Source: a virus | Taxonomy: Duplodnaviria > Heunggongvirae > Uroviricota > Caudoviricetes | Length of the DNA: 64,000 bases | Virus record (IMG/VR): IMGVR_UViG_3300028610_000968 | Reading direction: 5' to 3' (one strand) | Shown: one piece after another, positions 44,820 to 54,182 of the stretch | Position numbering within the stretch: position 1 is the stretch's first letter | Layout: each line of letters starts with the position of its first letter | Program-made: the position numbers and the translations under genes | Notes under the pieces: model-generated | Database searches by the model: none | Told to the model about the DNA's origin: nothing | Seen by the model: the letters and a program-made list of their open reading frames with translations, nothing else

Positions 44820-45482
44820 GTGAAAGTGTTGGATGGTAATGTAACAAATGGACAAAATGTTGGAAAAATACTTACCTCGCGTAGTTCACAGGGAGGTAGA
44901 TTGTACACTGTGGCTTGGGATACTGGATTAATTTCTCACTATCACTTAGAGGATTTATTAGGCAGTGGTATAAAGTGTTCCGAGTGCTTCACTTTCGGAG
45001 AGGATTTGCTTGTCTGTAAGACATGTGGAAAATATGTTTGTCCAGCACATGTTTTTAAGAAAAGAGGATTACATTTCTGTAAACAATGTTACACTGGAAA
45101 AAAAACATACAGGCGAGGACAATCTAGGGTAAGAGCTGAATTCACGGAAAGAACACGAAATTTGACTATCACTCAGGCTAGAGCAATACAAGAGGAAAGA
45201 CGCGCCGCCGGGCCTAATGCTAATCCTGTACCTCCTATACCTGAACCTCCAGCTCAGGGTGGGCCAATTTTCACACACATAGGTAATGCGTTCCATACTA
45301 CAATCAACCAAGATGGTACACACATCATGGATCGGGATGGTACAGTTCGACAACCTGTTGACATGGACAGGATTATGCGAGAATTTAACACTGAAGAGGA
45401 TGAAGAAGATGAAGAATTTGATGACGATGAAGTGTTTGATGAAGACGAGTTTGACGATGATGATGAAGATGGGGAGCTGTAA
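44820..45482 (+). CDS. Zn-finger protein with a poly-acidic C-terminal tail (220 aa)
   Basis: Eight Cys in four CxxC-like pairs between residues about 50 and 90. The C-terminal 30 aa are almost entirely D/E (EEDEEDEEFDDDEVFDEDEFDDDDEDGEL). Confidence 0.5.
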   Translation: MKVLDGNVTNGQNVGKILTSRSSQGGRLYTVAWDTGLISHYHLEDLLGSGIKCSECFTFGEDLLVCKTCGKYVCPAHVFKKRGLHFCKQCYTGKKTYRRGQSRVRAEFTERTRNLTITQARAIQEERRAAGPNANPVPPIPEPPAQGGPIFTHIGNAFHTTINQDGTHIMDRDGTVRQPVDMDRIMREFNTEEDEEDEEFDDDEVFDEDEFDDDDEDGEL

Positions 45483-45484
45483 GA

Positions 45485-46210
45485 ATGGTAACAAAACGAA
45501 GTGTTTATCATAGTGTACCTTTTAGTAGTGACACTATAGGTAATCTGAAAGATAATGCTTTTAGAGTGCTCAAAACCAACTCCAAAAAGAGAATTAGAAA
45601 TGGGCTATTACTAAACTTTGGAGCTGAAAGCATCGACTCTGAGCTAGCTGAGAATGTTGTGGTATTAAATCGCCCAGAGCATGTACAACAATCCAGTGAC
45701 AAGGTAACTATGTTCAACTTGTTATCTGAGTACATGCCGTACACCACAACCAACATTAACGAACTCCCAGATTTACCTTTTTATGCCAAAGGTAGAACAG
45801 GCAGGAAAGGGAGAAACAAAGAATTAGTGACTAAAGAGAACATAGACACTGTTAATTTGAGACAGTACAGTTTGTTTCAAACATTCATTGAAGCTAAAAG
45901 AGAGTTCAGGATTTTTGTCATTAAAACTCCAGACGGAGACCCCAAAATTCTAATCTCTCATATTCGTGAAGCTCCTGGAGTTTTTGTACAGTGCGGGAAA
46001 CGAGTTTCAAACGCGGGTGTAGATTTGATACACTTTTCTAGGAATGTGGCTGAACAAACACATCTAGATTTTATAGCTTTGGATATTCTTAGAGCGCCAA
46101 ACGAAGAACTCTTTCTTTTAGAAATAAATAGCTGCCCAGGCATAGGAGCCTCGACAGCTGTTAGGTTAGATTCATTTTTACAAAGGTGGTGGGAAGTACT
46201 AGATGGGTAA
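45485..46210 (+). CDS. ATP-grasp family ligase (RimK-like)
   Basis: The C-terminal motifs FRIFVI...ISHIRE...LDILRAPNEELFLLEINSCPG fit the ATP-grasp nucleotide-binding fold (E-x-N-x-x-P-G). Confidence 0.5.
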   Translation: MVTKRSVYHSVPFSSDTIGNLKDNAFRVLKTNSKKRIRNGLLLNFGAESIDSELAENVVVLNRPEHVQQSSDKVTMFNLLSEYMPYTTTNINELPDLPFYAKGRTGRKGRNKELVTKENIDTVNLRQYSLFQTFIEAKREFRIFVIKTPDGDPKILISHIREAPGVFVQCGKRVSNAGVDLIHFSRNVAEQTHLDFIALDILRAPNEELFLLEINSCPGIGASTAVRLDSFLQRWWEVLDG

Positions 46211-46766
46211 GGGTAGAAAGAGAAAAGGTAGAGGCAAAAACAACGTTGTGGTTATTGTCCCAGAAGAAAAAATTGACATAGAAGAAAAAGTTGACACAAA
46301 GCCAAAGAGCGAAGAGAAAGATACCAGCAAGAAACATTCTCCGTGCCAAGAAGAGCTTCTCTGTTGTCTTTCTTGTAAGAGAACAGAAGGGTTCACTGAT
46401 GAAGTGAATCACGGAAAAGGCAGAGGCAAAAGCTCCAGGCTTGTTCCGCCCTGTAGATATGCTGCCGCTAAGGTTCAATTTTACTTGAGCAACCACAAGG
46501 GTAGTTGGGAAGAAATGCTAGATTTACATTCAGTCAAAGAAACTACTATGGACAAAATAGTACAAGTTTTATCTGAATTTGATGCTGATAGATTTCACAG
46601 AAGATGTGGTCATGCGGGGTTAAATGATGTAAACAAAGGAACAGTACATTGTTTCCATTACTCCGTGGAGGCTATGTTGGAGGCTTGTATTGAAGAAACA
46701 ACCAAATGTAAAAAGTTTTATCCACAAAATAATGTTACTAGTGTAGCAGAAGGGTTCGTGATTTAG
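46203..46766 (+). CDS. hypothetical protein with basic N-terminus and Cys/His cluster (187 aa)
   Basis: ORF track entry. Confidence 0.45.
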   Translation: MGKGRKRKGRGKNNVVVIVPEEKIDIEEKVDTKPKSEEKDTSKKHSPCQEELLCCLSCKRTEGFTDEVNHGKGRGKSSRLVPPCRYAAAKVQFYLSNHKGSWEEMLDLHSVKETTMDKIVQVLSEFDADRFHRRCGHAGLNDVNKGTVHCFHYSVEAMLEACIEETTKCKKFYPQNNVTSVAEGFVI

Positions 46767-46767
46767 G

Positions 46768-47136
46768 TTGGTAGTACAGAAAACAGCATACACAAGGAGA
46801 ATCACATTAAACGAAAAAGGATGGGGCAAGTTAAAAGCTGTAGCTACTTGCAAAGCTCCCAGCAGGCATCCACTTGTGATGGCATGTTCAAAAGGTAATG
46901 GACTTACTAGATTTGCGGTGGTTATCATCATCAAAAAGATATACAACCACCTCGAAAAGAATTACACGAAAGCGCAAATCAAAGAACACACTACCGCGCA
47001 AACGGCAATGGAGATCCGTACCGATGAAAATATTTACGGTACTGGTGTTTGGACAACCGTATTAAGCCGCCTTCAAGGCACTTCGCCTGGAGTAAAAGTA
47101 AAAGAGGACTTCAAAACTAGACAAGTTGGACAATGA
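46768..47136 (+). CDS. hypothetical protein (122 aa)
   Basis: ORF track entry. It is the last + strand gene. Confidence 0.45.
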   Translation: MVVQKTAYTRRITLNEKGWGKLKAVATCKAPSRHPLVMACSKGNGLTRFAVVIIIKKIYNHLEKNYTKAQIKEHTTAQTAMEIRTDENIYGTGVWTTVLSRLQGTSPGVKVKEDFKTRQVGQ

Positions 47137-47171
47137 AACAGTAGTTTAGGAAAGCTCCTCTTTTTACACTC

Positions 47172-47199
47172 AAAAAAGCCCCACTTCGGGGCTTTTTTG
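47172..47199. terminator. bidirectional rho-independent terminator (AAAAAAGCCCC-ACTTC-GGGGCTTTTTT)
   Basis: Perfect GC-rich 5-6 bp stem with A6 upstream and T6 downstream, sitting between the convergent gene blocks. Confidence 0.8.
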
Positions 47200-47318
47200 T
47201 TGTCTAATATTCAATTGCAAACCAGCAGGTCAGCGACGCACTGAGACGGCTTCTAAGCGGCTTTTAGGACTTTTGCATACCCTAGCAACCCCAAACTTTA
47301 GAATAAACGAGTCTTTTT

Positions 47319-48287
47319 TTATAAAAAGAGACGTTCTCTAAACGTGTTCCAAATTGTCTTCCCATTCTCTTGTTTCAGTGTTACATAGCCGTTAGTTTGT
47401 GGTGAGGGATAACGGATACTCTGCTTCGCATAGTTCATTGACTGGCATAAGCAACCACCTTCTATCACTTTACAGTTAGTACTCTTGTAGCTCACTCCCA
47501 TTTGGTGTGTGTGGGCTACGCACAACGCTTTAAAGTCTCCAATATCTATATCGTCCTTCCACTCCCTAAACCACTTATAAGCGTTGATGGGAGTCTTTAG
47601 TTCCACTTTACTGTTAGCTTCTGGATGGGCAACAATCAAATCACCGTATTGCCAGTACCAGTTATCAACTATAGTAATGTTGGGGAACGGACTCATTAGT
47701 TTCTCTAATATATTTGCCTCTAGTAAAAAGAATAACGACGGAGGGACTACCTTCTGGAGTAACCTTTTCGGTCTGTTATCATGATTACAAGCTAACATCA
47801 CAATGTGATTCAAGTTCTGTGATAAATATTCTGCCACTCTCATTATGCCGTCCAGTTCTACTTCAAACGGTACTGAGTAGTCTTTCCTAAACACAGACAA
47901 CGCATAGCAATCCATAATGTCTCCATTGATAATAGTCAAGTCTGCTGTTAGGTTTCTTTCAACCGCGAACTCAAGTTTATCATCGTACTGAAAAGGAACG
48001 TGTAAGTCCTGAAGTATCAATATGTCTTCAGCATTACTTGGTACAGGGTTCTTTCTCGCGTGCAGACTATCCTCAATGGTTTTCTTGTACTTGTCATAGT
48101 ACGGCGTTGGTACTGAGACAGGTTTATCTTTTAAACTTACCATGTTTGTCCTTGCCCTGTCAATGGCGTGTCTAACCTTGTCCCTGGTCAGATCAATACC
48201 ATACTTCGCACTTAGTTCTTCTCCTATTTCCGATTGGCTCTTCTTTCCCCTATTCCATATTTCTAAAGCTTCTTTATCAATTTGCAA
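47319..48287 (-). CDS. calcineurin-like metallophosphoesterase with N-terminal HTH
   Basis: Phosphoesterase motifs are DLHVP (D-x-H), NGDIMD (GDxxD) and LACNHD (GNHD/E), with an N-terminal helix-turn-helix. Confidence 0.6.
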   Translation of the reverse strand: MQIDKEALEIWNRGKKSQSEIGEELSAKYGIDLTRDKVRHAIDRARTNMVSLKDKPVSVPTPYYDKYKKTIEDSLHARKNPVPSNAEDILILQDLHVPFQYDDKLEFAVERNLTADLTIINGDIMDCYALSVFRKDYSVPFEVELDGIMRVAEYLSQNLNHIVMLACNHDNRPKRLLQKVVPPSLFFLLEANILEKLMSPFPNITIVDNWYWQYGDLIVAHPEANSKVELKTPINAYKWFREWKDDIDIGDFKALCVAHTHQMGVSYKSTNCKVIEGGCLCQSMNYAKQSIRYPSPQTNGYVTLKQENGKTIWNTFRERLFL

Positions 48288-48292
48288 ATATC

Positions 48293-48706
48293 TTACCTAC
48301 CTTTATATTTTTTCAGTATTGCCTGTCTCTTCCTAGCCGTACTGAGATAATTAAAATCTTCCGACAATTCATCAAAATTAGAATCAGTGTAGGATTCTAT
48401 AACCTTTGTCATTACCGTTTTTTTATTAAGTTCTTTCTCACTCACAACGATTAGGTATAATCCATTAGTCTTCGCTATTATCCATCGTTTCTTATCTCTA
48501 GTTTTTTGCTTTTCCCAACCATCACTATCTTTGTGGAAAAATTCACTAGCCTCACTATGCTGAATACCATCAAACTCAGCTAAAAGAAATAGATTAGGAA
48601 CATAAAAATCATACGTTAAGCTTGCTATAGTGTGTTGAGACACTATTGGATGAAATTCAAACAGTCTCTTTAAAATTTCTCCTAATTTATCTTCTCCCTT
48701 ACTCAT
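48293..48706 (-). CDS. DUF559/Vsr-like PD-(D/E)XK endonuclease domain protein
   Basis: FDFYVPNLFLLAEFDGIQH matches the DUF559 core (DFxxP...EvDGxxH). Confidence 0.45.
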   Translation of the reverse strand: MSKGEDKLGEILKRLFEFHPIVSQHTIASLTYDFYVPNLFLLAEFDGIQHSEASEFFHKDSDGWEKQKTRDKKRWIIAKTNGLYLIVVSEKELNKKTVMTKVIESYTDSNFDELSEDFNYLSTARKRQAILKKYKGR

Positions 48707-48983
48707 GAAAGTAACTTTTCAACTCACAATCTTTTTCTGTTATAAAATTAACCTTTATAGTCCTGATACCAAGTTCTTTGGTGGCTTGTAATCTGTGCCA
48801 ACCATCAATGACATACCCACAATACATACACACTTCAATAGGTTCGAGAGCACTACTGGATATTACAACATTTTTGTAGTCGTCTACAGCGTCCCAATTA
48901 GGTTCAGGCTCTACTCCTTGTATAACATCACTGATATTAATTAAATTAACCACTGACCGCTTCCTTCCTAGCTCCTGCAACAC
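48699..48983 (-). CDS. ParB-like nuclease domain protein
   Basis: YVIDGWHRLQATKELG matches the ParB N-terminal nuclease motif. Confidence 0.5.
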   Translation of the reverse strand: MLQELGRKRSVVNLINISDVIQGVEPEPNWDAVDDYKNVVISSSALEPIEVCMYCGYVIDGWHRLQATKELGIRTIKVNFITEKDCELKSYFHE

Positions 48984-49497
48984 TATCTAGAATACAGGAC
49001 AAAGTTTGCCATCCTTCTACTCTATGAATTTTCTTGTGCTTGATACTTCTGTTCCAAGGTTTATCAATGAGGAAAACTGGTATACCTTTCTTGGCCACGT
49101 TGATCGCTACTGTGGGGTTGTCTTCAATAAACAAGTCCACCCCTAATTGTTTTGCTAACTCTGCTTTACCCGTTGAGAAAAATACCCTCGCGTCTAGGCC
49201 AGCATCCTTTATCCATTTAGATGTTTCTCTGGCATAAGATAAGTCTGCCTCTCTAGCTGTTATTACAAACAGTTCTGAATCTAAGGAGTTAAGGTGCTCA
49301 CAGGCAAATTTGTTGACAGAACACTTTGAGGCTACATATCTGAAGTCTAGCCTGCAAATGTGTCTGTATGGTATCTCATAAGTTGTTATTGATTCATACG
49401 ATATTTCAACGTCTAACAGCTTTTTAAGTTCTCTTATATATGTTTCTGTATAGTCGTTAAGTACATCGTCTAAGTCAACTGCTATTCTTAATCCCAA
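48946..49497 (-). CDS. 5'(3')-deoxyribonucleotidase-like HAD hydrolase
   Basis: N-terminal RIAVDLDDVL (motif I DxDxV) and a later LFIEDN (motif IV). Confidence 0.55.
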   Translation of the reverse strand: MGLRIAVDLDDVLNDYTETYIRELKKLLDVEISYESITTYEIPYRHICRLDFRYVASKCSVNKFACEHLNSLDSELFVITAREADLSYARETSKWIKDAGLDARVFFSTGKAELAKQLGVDLFIEDNPTVAINVAKKGIPVFLIDKPWNRSIKHKKIHRVEGWQTLSCILDSVAGARKEAVSG

Positions 49498-50464
49498 AAG
49501 CCTCTCGCACCCTGCTCTCTAGTTCATTTATATGAGGTAGTATTCCTTCCTTTGCGTTTTCTTTTCCCTGCCAACGCTCTTCACCGTAGGTATACCATGC
49601 CCCACTTAAATCTATAATACCTAAGTCTTTGGCCAAATCTAACACACAACCAACGTTATCAATACCACTACCATAAAGCAACTGAGCCTCAGCCACTTTG
49701 AACGGTGGTGCTGACTTATTCTTGACCACTTTAATCTTCAGCTCATGTCCTATAATTTCCAATGAGGGTTTAGCCTTAATCTGTCCTGCTATCCTCACAT
49801 CAAACCTGTAGTAAGCATAGAACTTTAATGCTCTTCCACCAGGCGTTGTCTCTGGGTTTCCGAACATGACACCAACCTTTTCCCTTAATTGATTAATAAA
49901 AATCAGACTAGTGTTGGTCTTGTTGCAAGTTCCTTTTATTCTTCTACAGAACGGAGACATCATGGCAGCTATTGAAGCCACCATAGGTTTGCCTGCCGCT
50001 ACTTCTGACTCCCTGTTTGGCAACAAAGCCGCCAAGGAGTCAACTACAATCATTCCCAATGAACCTGTTTTAGTCATTAAATCAATAATCTCGAATACCT
50101 GCTCTGCACTATCTGGCTGGCTGATTATTAACTTCTCTAAGTCCACCCCTAATTGTGAACAGTGACTTTGGGACAAAGCGTGCTCTGTATCAATGTACAA
50201 AACGTCCCTACCCTCAGCCTGTTCTTGAGCCACTAAGCTCAATGCTAGTGTTGTCTTACCACTTGACTCTGGCCCATATATCTCTACTAGTCTTCCGCGT
50301 TCTATTCCGCCTATACCTAAAGCTATATCTAACGATAAAACTCCTGTTGACACAACTTCCTTTGAGGGCTGCTGTACTTTATCCCCAGGTATAAACATTA
50401 CCCCTTCTCCATGCTTCTTTTTTAACAACGTTACTACTGCTTTCACTTCTGGATTATCTAACAA
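49475..50464 (-). CDS. recA: RecA recombinase
   Basis: Walker A GPESSGKTTLAL. RecA core LSLDIALGIGGIERGRLVEIYG. 329 aa. Confidence 0.85.
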   Translation of the reverse strand: MLDNPEVKAVVTLLKKKHGEGVMFIPGDKVQQPSKEVVSTGVLSLDIALGIGGIERGRLVEIYGPESSGKTTLALSLVAQEQAEGRDVLYIDTEHALSQSHCSQLGVDLEKLIISQPDSAEQVFEIIDLMTKTGSLGMIVVDSLAALLPNRESEVAAGKPMVASIAAMMSPFCRRIKGTCNKTNTSLIFINQLREKVGVMFGNPETTPGGRALKFYAYYRFDVRIAGQIKAKPSLEIIGHELKIKVVKNKSAPPFKVAEAQLLYGSGIDNVGCVLDLAKDLGIIDLSGAWYTYGEERWQGKENAKEGILPHINELESRVREAFGIKNSS

Positions 50465-50486
50465 ATTATTTCCTACCCTTCTCTAA

Positions 50487-50648
50487 ACTTCTTGGCTTCT
50501 GATTTCGCCACAATATTCGCAATAAATCACTGCTTTGATGACACTGGAATATTGTCCTGTTGCGTAGCTTGACAATCCCAACGTCTTCCAACAATGCTCT
50601 TCACACTGTTCGTTTCCTATATCCATACTCTTGATAACCATATATATC
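50487..50648 (-). CDS. small Zn-ribbon protein (about 53 aa), absent from the ORF track
   Basis: Minus-strand ORF MVIKSMDIGNEQCEEHC...YCEYCG with RBS GGTAGGAGATATATATG. Coordinates are approximate. Confidence 0.3.
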
Positions 50649-50650
50649 TC

Positions 50651-51097
50651 CTACCTTCCTTTAACTTCTTTAAACGATTTAATAAGTAATTCCACAAAGA
50701 GATTTCTCTGCCCTATAGTCTTATAGTCGTAGAGTATTGTGCCTGGTGTCCAACCATTGTCAGTTCTTCTAGTATAAGCTCTTATAGAGATACCATCCCT
50801 ACCCATGAAGAAAGGAAAGTTATTTACTATCTCTTTGTCAATTCTTCTCTTCCAAGCACTGTATATATCATAATCGTTTATTACAAACTCTATTAGTAGA
50901 TGTAAACTATATGTAAACAACTCCAAGCTGTCTGGGTGTCCTTGGCAACTACATGTTGTTTTTATCCACTGTCTTTCATTTATAAGTTTTACTAACGGTC
51001 TTATACTTTCATCTATCGCCAAGAGCCATAATCCGTCTGGATGGCTATTTCTTATAAAATTCCTCGGTATTACTTTCTTTTTTATATGTGTACCCAT
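50651..51097 (-). CDS. hypothetical protein (148 aa)
   Basis: ORF track entry. Confidence 0.45.
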   Translation of the reverse strand: MGTHIKKKVIPRNFIRNSHPDGLWLLAIDESIRPLVKLINERQWIKTTCSCQGHPDSLELFTYSLHLLIEFVINDYDIYSAWKRRIDKEIVNNFPFFMGRDGISIRAYTRRTDNGWTPGTILYDYKTIGQRNLFVELLIKSFKEVKGR

Positions 51098-51273
51098 GAT
51101 TTTCTCCTAACTATGAGTCCTATATTTGATTCAGTTACATTATTGAACTCAAAATTAATATCCCGTATAGAATAACCTTCTTTGAATTTTTTTCTAATTA
51201 ACCTCACTTGTTCTTCTGTTAATTTAGCTTGGCTGTGATTCTCCCCTACCAAAACTCTTCCTTTGGCAATCAT
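51082..51273 (-). CDS. small HTH protein (sigma-70 region-4-like / homing-endonuclease-associated DNA-binding module)
   Basis: GENHSQAKLTEEQVRLIRKKFKEGYSIRDI...RKSW. Confidence 0.4.
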   Translation of the reverse strand: MIAKGRVLVGENHSQAKLTEEQVRLIRKKFKEGYSIRDINFEFNNVTESNIGLIVRRKSWVHI

Positions 51274-51339
51274 GTCTTGAACATTGTCTTTGTTTGTTCC
51301 TAAAAATAAGTGGTCTGGATTTACACAATTAATAACCTA

Positions 51340-53169
51340 TCATTTGGCTTCAGCCCAACTTCTACCAACTCCTGTTGTAACTATCAAAGGAACTCTCAAT
51401 GGTTTTTTCATAGGATTTTCCATTAAGTATTTCAGCTCCTTTGATGCTTCTTCTTGCATGGTCGCCAGGGTACTGATAACGATTTCATCATGGACTTGCA
51501 ATAACATATCAATCGTATTACCAGAAACCATTTCTTCATCAACTACTATCTGAGCTTTCTTAACTAATTCTCCGGCACTACCCTGGATTTTATGGTTGAA
51601 GCTCTCTCTTTTTGCCGACTCTAACATACGGTCTGGACAGGAACGCAGAAAGGGAATGTCATAGCGCCTTCTGCGTCCTCCTAGAGTACGCGTATAGCCT
51701 TTACTTAACAACTCTTTGTGGCTGAACTCAATAAACTTTTTAACGTCTTTATACACCTTAAAATATTCGCTTACCAATTCTTGAGCTTCCCACATTTCAC
51801 ACTCCAAGGTCTTTGCCAACCTAGGTACTCCCATACCATAAATGATTCCAAACTGTAAATCCTTAGCCTGCCTCCTTAACTTATAGGTTACATCATCTGG
51901 GTGCAACTTAAACAAATTACACGCTGCTTGTACATGGATATCTTTACCAGGCTGACAAATCTCCATTAACTTCTTATCTCTACTCATGTGGGCTAATATT
52001 CTTATTTCTAATTGGTCATAATCAGCAGCAATAAGAACTTCATCTTCCTCACATATAAACGCTCGTCTAATAATGTCGGTATTCCTGGCTGGTATATTTT
52101 GTAAATTAGGGTTAATAGAACTTAGTCTCCCAGACTTAGCTATGAATTGAGTAAGGCTCGTGTGAACCCTATTGTTTTCATCTAATCTTTTTAATATACC
52201 AACAACATATGTACTATCCAGCTTGTCTACTGTCCTATACTCTAGAATCTTATCAATTAATTCTCTTCCAGCAAAGTCTTTCAGTATAGGTTCACTAACG
52301 ATTAAATTACCATCCTTAGTTCTCTTCTTCAACTTGATGCCACTGTTCACTAAAACGTCTGCCAATGCCACCTTACTATCAATGTTAAACTTCCTACCTA
52401 CTATATCATATATAGCATCTTCTAATATTTTGATTTCTTCCTGCAACGTTTTGTGCAATTCCACGAGATACTCTTTATCAATAAGAAACCCTTTTCTTTT
52501 CATTCTCATTAGAACTTTAATCAAAAGCATCTCTACTTTGTCATACAAACCTACCAAATTTTGTTTATCGAGTTTAGGTTTCAAAAACTTAAACAATTCA
52601 AGTGCTCCCAAAGCATCCTTGCCTGCATACTTTAGAGCGTCCACACACTGCATGTCCCTGATAGGACAACGTTGTTCTTTGAATGATTGTACTCCAACCC
52701 CCAACCCCCATTTTCTATCCTGGTCGTCTAAGGCCAGCTCACTCCACCTTTGAGTTTCATCATACATAAAGGTCATAATGATTGTATCAAAGATAGGAAA
52801 AGAAACATCTATACCATTCTTGTGGAATATCTCTAAATCGTAAACAGCGTTATGGAAAACTTTAAAAGGTAAATTACTAGTCAAGATAGGTGTTATTTTT
52901 TCTAACACGTAATCAATGTCTAACTGTGGCTCACCAGTATCATGTGTGACAGGGATATACCAGTACTTATCATTCTGAGAAAAACTTATACCTACTAGGT
53001 CAGCTATCCTTGGGTCGTTACTTGTTGTTTCAGTATCTACACCTAAGTAGTCCTTTGGGTTAACTTCCTCTATAAACTTCTCCAACTGTTCTTCCGTTTG
53101 TATTAATCCTTCTACTGGTTTCCAATTTCTCCACACATCGTACTCAAACGAAAGTCCTGATTGTTCCAC
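51340..53169 (-). CDS. polA: DNA polymerase I-type (family A) with 3'-5' exonuclease domain and no 5' nuclease domain
   Basis: Exo I motif VDTETT. Polymerase motif A DYDQLEIRILAH, motif B RRQAKDLQFGIIYGMG, motif C VHDEIV. Confidence 0.85.
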   Translation of the reverse strand: MEQSGLSFEYDVWRNWKPVEGLIQTEEQLEKFIEEVNPKDYLGVDTETTSNDPRIADLVGISFSQNDKYWYIPVTHDTGEPQLDIDYVLEKITPILTSNLPFKVFHNAVYDLEIFHKNGIDVSFPIFDTIIMTFMYDETQRWSELALDDQDRKWGLGVGVQSFKEQRCPIRDMQCVDALKYAGKDALGALELFKFLKPKLDKQNLVGLYDKVEMLLIKVLMRMKRKGFLIDKEYLVELHKTLQEEIKILEDAIYDIVGRKFNIDSKVALADVLVNSGIKLKKRTKDGNLIVSEPILKDFAGRELIDKILEYRTVDKLDSTYVVGILKRLDENNRVHTSLTQFIAKSGRLSSINPNLQNIPARNTDIIRRAFICEEDEVLIAADYDQLEIRILAHMSRDKKLMEICQPGKDIHVQAACNLFKLHPDDVTYKLRRQAKDLQFGIIYGMGVPRLAKTLECEMWEAQELVSEYFKVYKDVKKFIEFSHKELLSKGYTRTLGGRRRRYDIPFLRSCPDRMLESAKRESFNHKIQGSAGELVKKAQIVVDEEMVSGNTIDMLLQVHDEIVISTLATMQEEASKELKYLMENPMKKPLRVPLIVTTGVGRSWAEAK

Positions 53170-53366
53170 TAAACTACTTGTCCCTCTCTTTGTTCTTCAT
53201 AGGGTATACTTGGGTCAAACCCTAACTCCAAATCGTCTGGGTCAGCAGCTCCCCCATATATACAATCCGCACATCCAATGTCACCAGCGAATTCATACTC
53301 ACACTCAAATTCATCACCATCTGGAGTCCACGCCCAAAAGCCCAAACATCCCTCTTCACTTCCCAA
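53169..53366 (-). CDS. small acidic Cys-containing protein (65 aa)
   Basis: ORF track entry. Confidence 0.35.
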   Translation of the reverse strand: MGSEEGCLGFWAWTPDGDEFECEYEFAGDIGCADCIYGGAADPDDLELGFDPSIPYEEQREGQVV

Positions 53367-53384
53367 ATTAATCCAATCCTTTCC

Positions 53385-53648
53385 TTATAACATACAGTAT
53401 TTTTGTAAAAAATCTATCTGTTCTTTATTAAACCCTGCGTCTCTGGCGTTTCTCCTAAAATCTGAAACATGTTTATCGTGCCTCTGGCCATTGATTTTTT
53501 CCTCTAACCAACGTGCATTCCATTCTCCCTTAACTGCGTTAGGATGTTTATTGTAACAAGTCATACAACATTCCACGTTGTGCCAAGCTCCATTTTCACA
53601 ATGATACTTTACATTCATTTCCTCTCTGAACTTACCCAAGCTTCTCAA
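53385..53648 (-). CDS. Cys/His-rich protein (87 aa)
   Basis: HCENGAWHNVECCMTC. Confidence 0.4.
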   Translation of the reverse strand: MRSLGKFREEMNVKYHCENGAWHNVECCMTCYNKHPNAVKGEWNARWLEEKINGQRHDKHVSDFRRNARDAGFNKEQIDFLQKYCML

Positions 53649-54111
53649 GCTCCTTCTTGTGGTACGACAATAGATTCACTAATGATATTCCATGTTTGTC
53701 TACTGCTTTCTGAGCAACAGCTAACTTCCTCTTTCTAAAGCTGGCTTGCAAAAGCTCCATTCTTTTGTCTTGGTATTCATCTTTGTGCTCTGCCATAATC
53801 TTATTATTAATAAATCTTTCAGTGACTTGGCTCTTGCCGTACTGCTCTAGTAGTGCTGTCTTTGTTGCTTCATACAACTCCGCCAACCACACATCAAACT
53901 CATGTTGGAGCTTCTGCTCTAATAACGAAGCCTCTTCTGATTTGATAGAGTAATAAGCGTAGGTAGCTGCATGTTCTTTTAGTCTATCTGCAATATCGTT
54001 CGGGTCGCCACTGACAGCCAATTCTTTGGATAAATCAAATATTATCTTATCATTTCCTATTGTTATTTGAAACTTTAGTGTATCCTCTCTTGCCATAACC
54101 TTTCCTCCCAA
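53632..54111 (-). CDS. hypothetical protein (159 aa)
   Basis: ORF track entry. Confidence 0.45.
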   Translation of the reverse strand: MGGKVMAREDTLKFQITIGNDKIIFDLSKELAVSGDPNDIADRLKEHAATYAYYSIKSEEASLLEQKLQHEFDVWLAELYEATKTALLEQYGKSQVTERFINNKIMAEHKDEYQDKRMELLQASFRKRKLAVAQKAVDKHGISLVNLLSYHKKELEKLG

Positions 54112-54182
54112 TTACTAATATATATCTCAGTTTACTCCTGTCCACCAAATTATGTTTAATCATTGTTTCTATTGTTTTTGTT

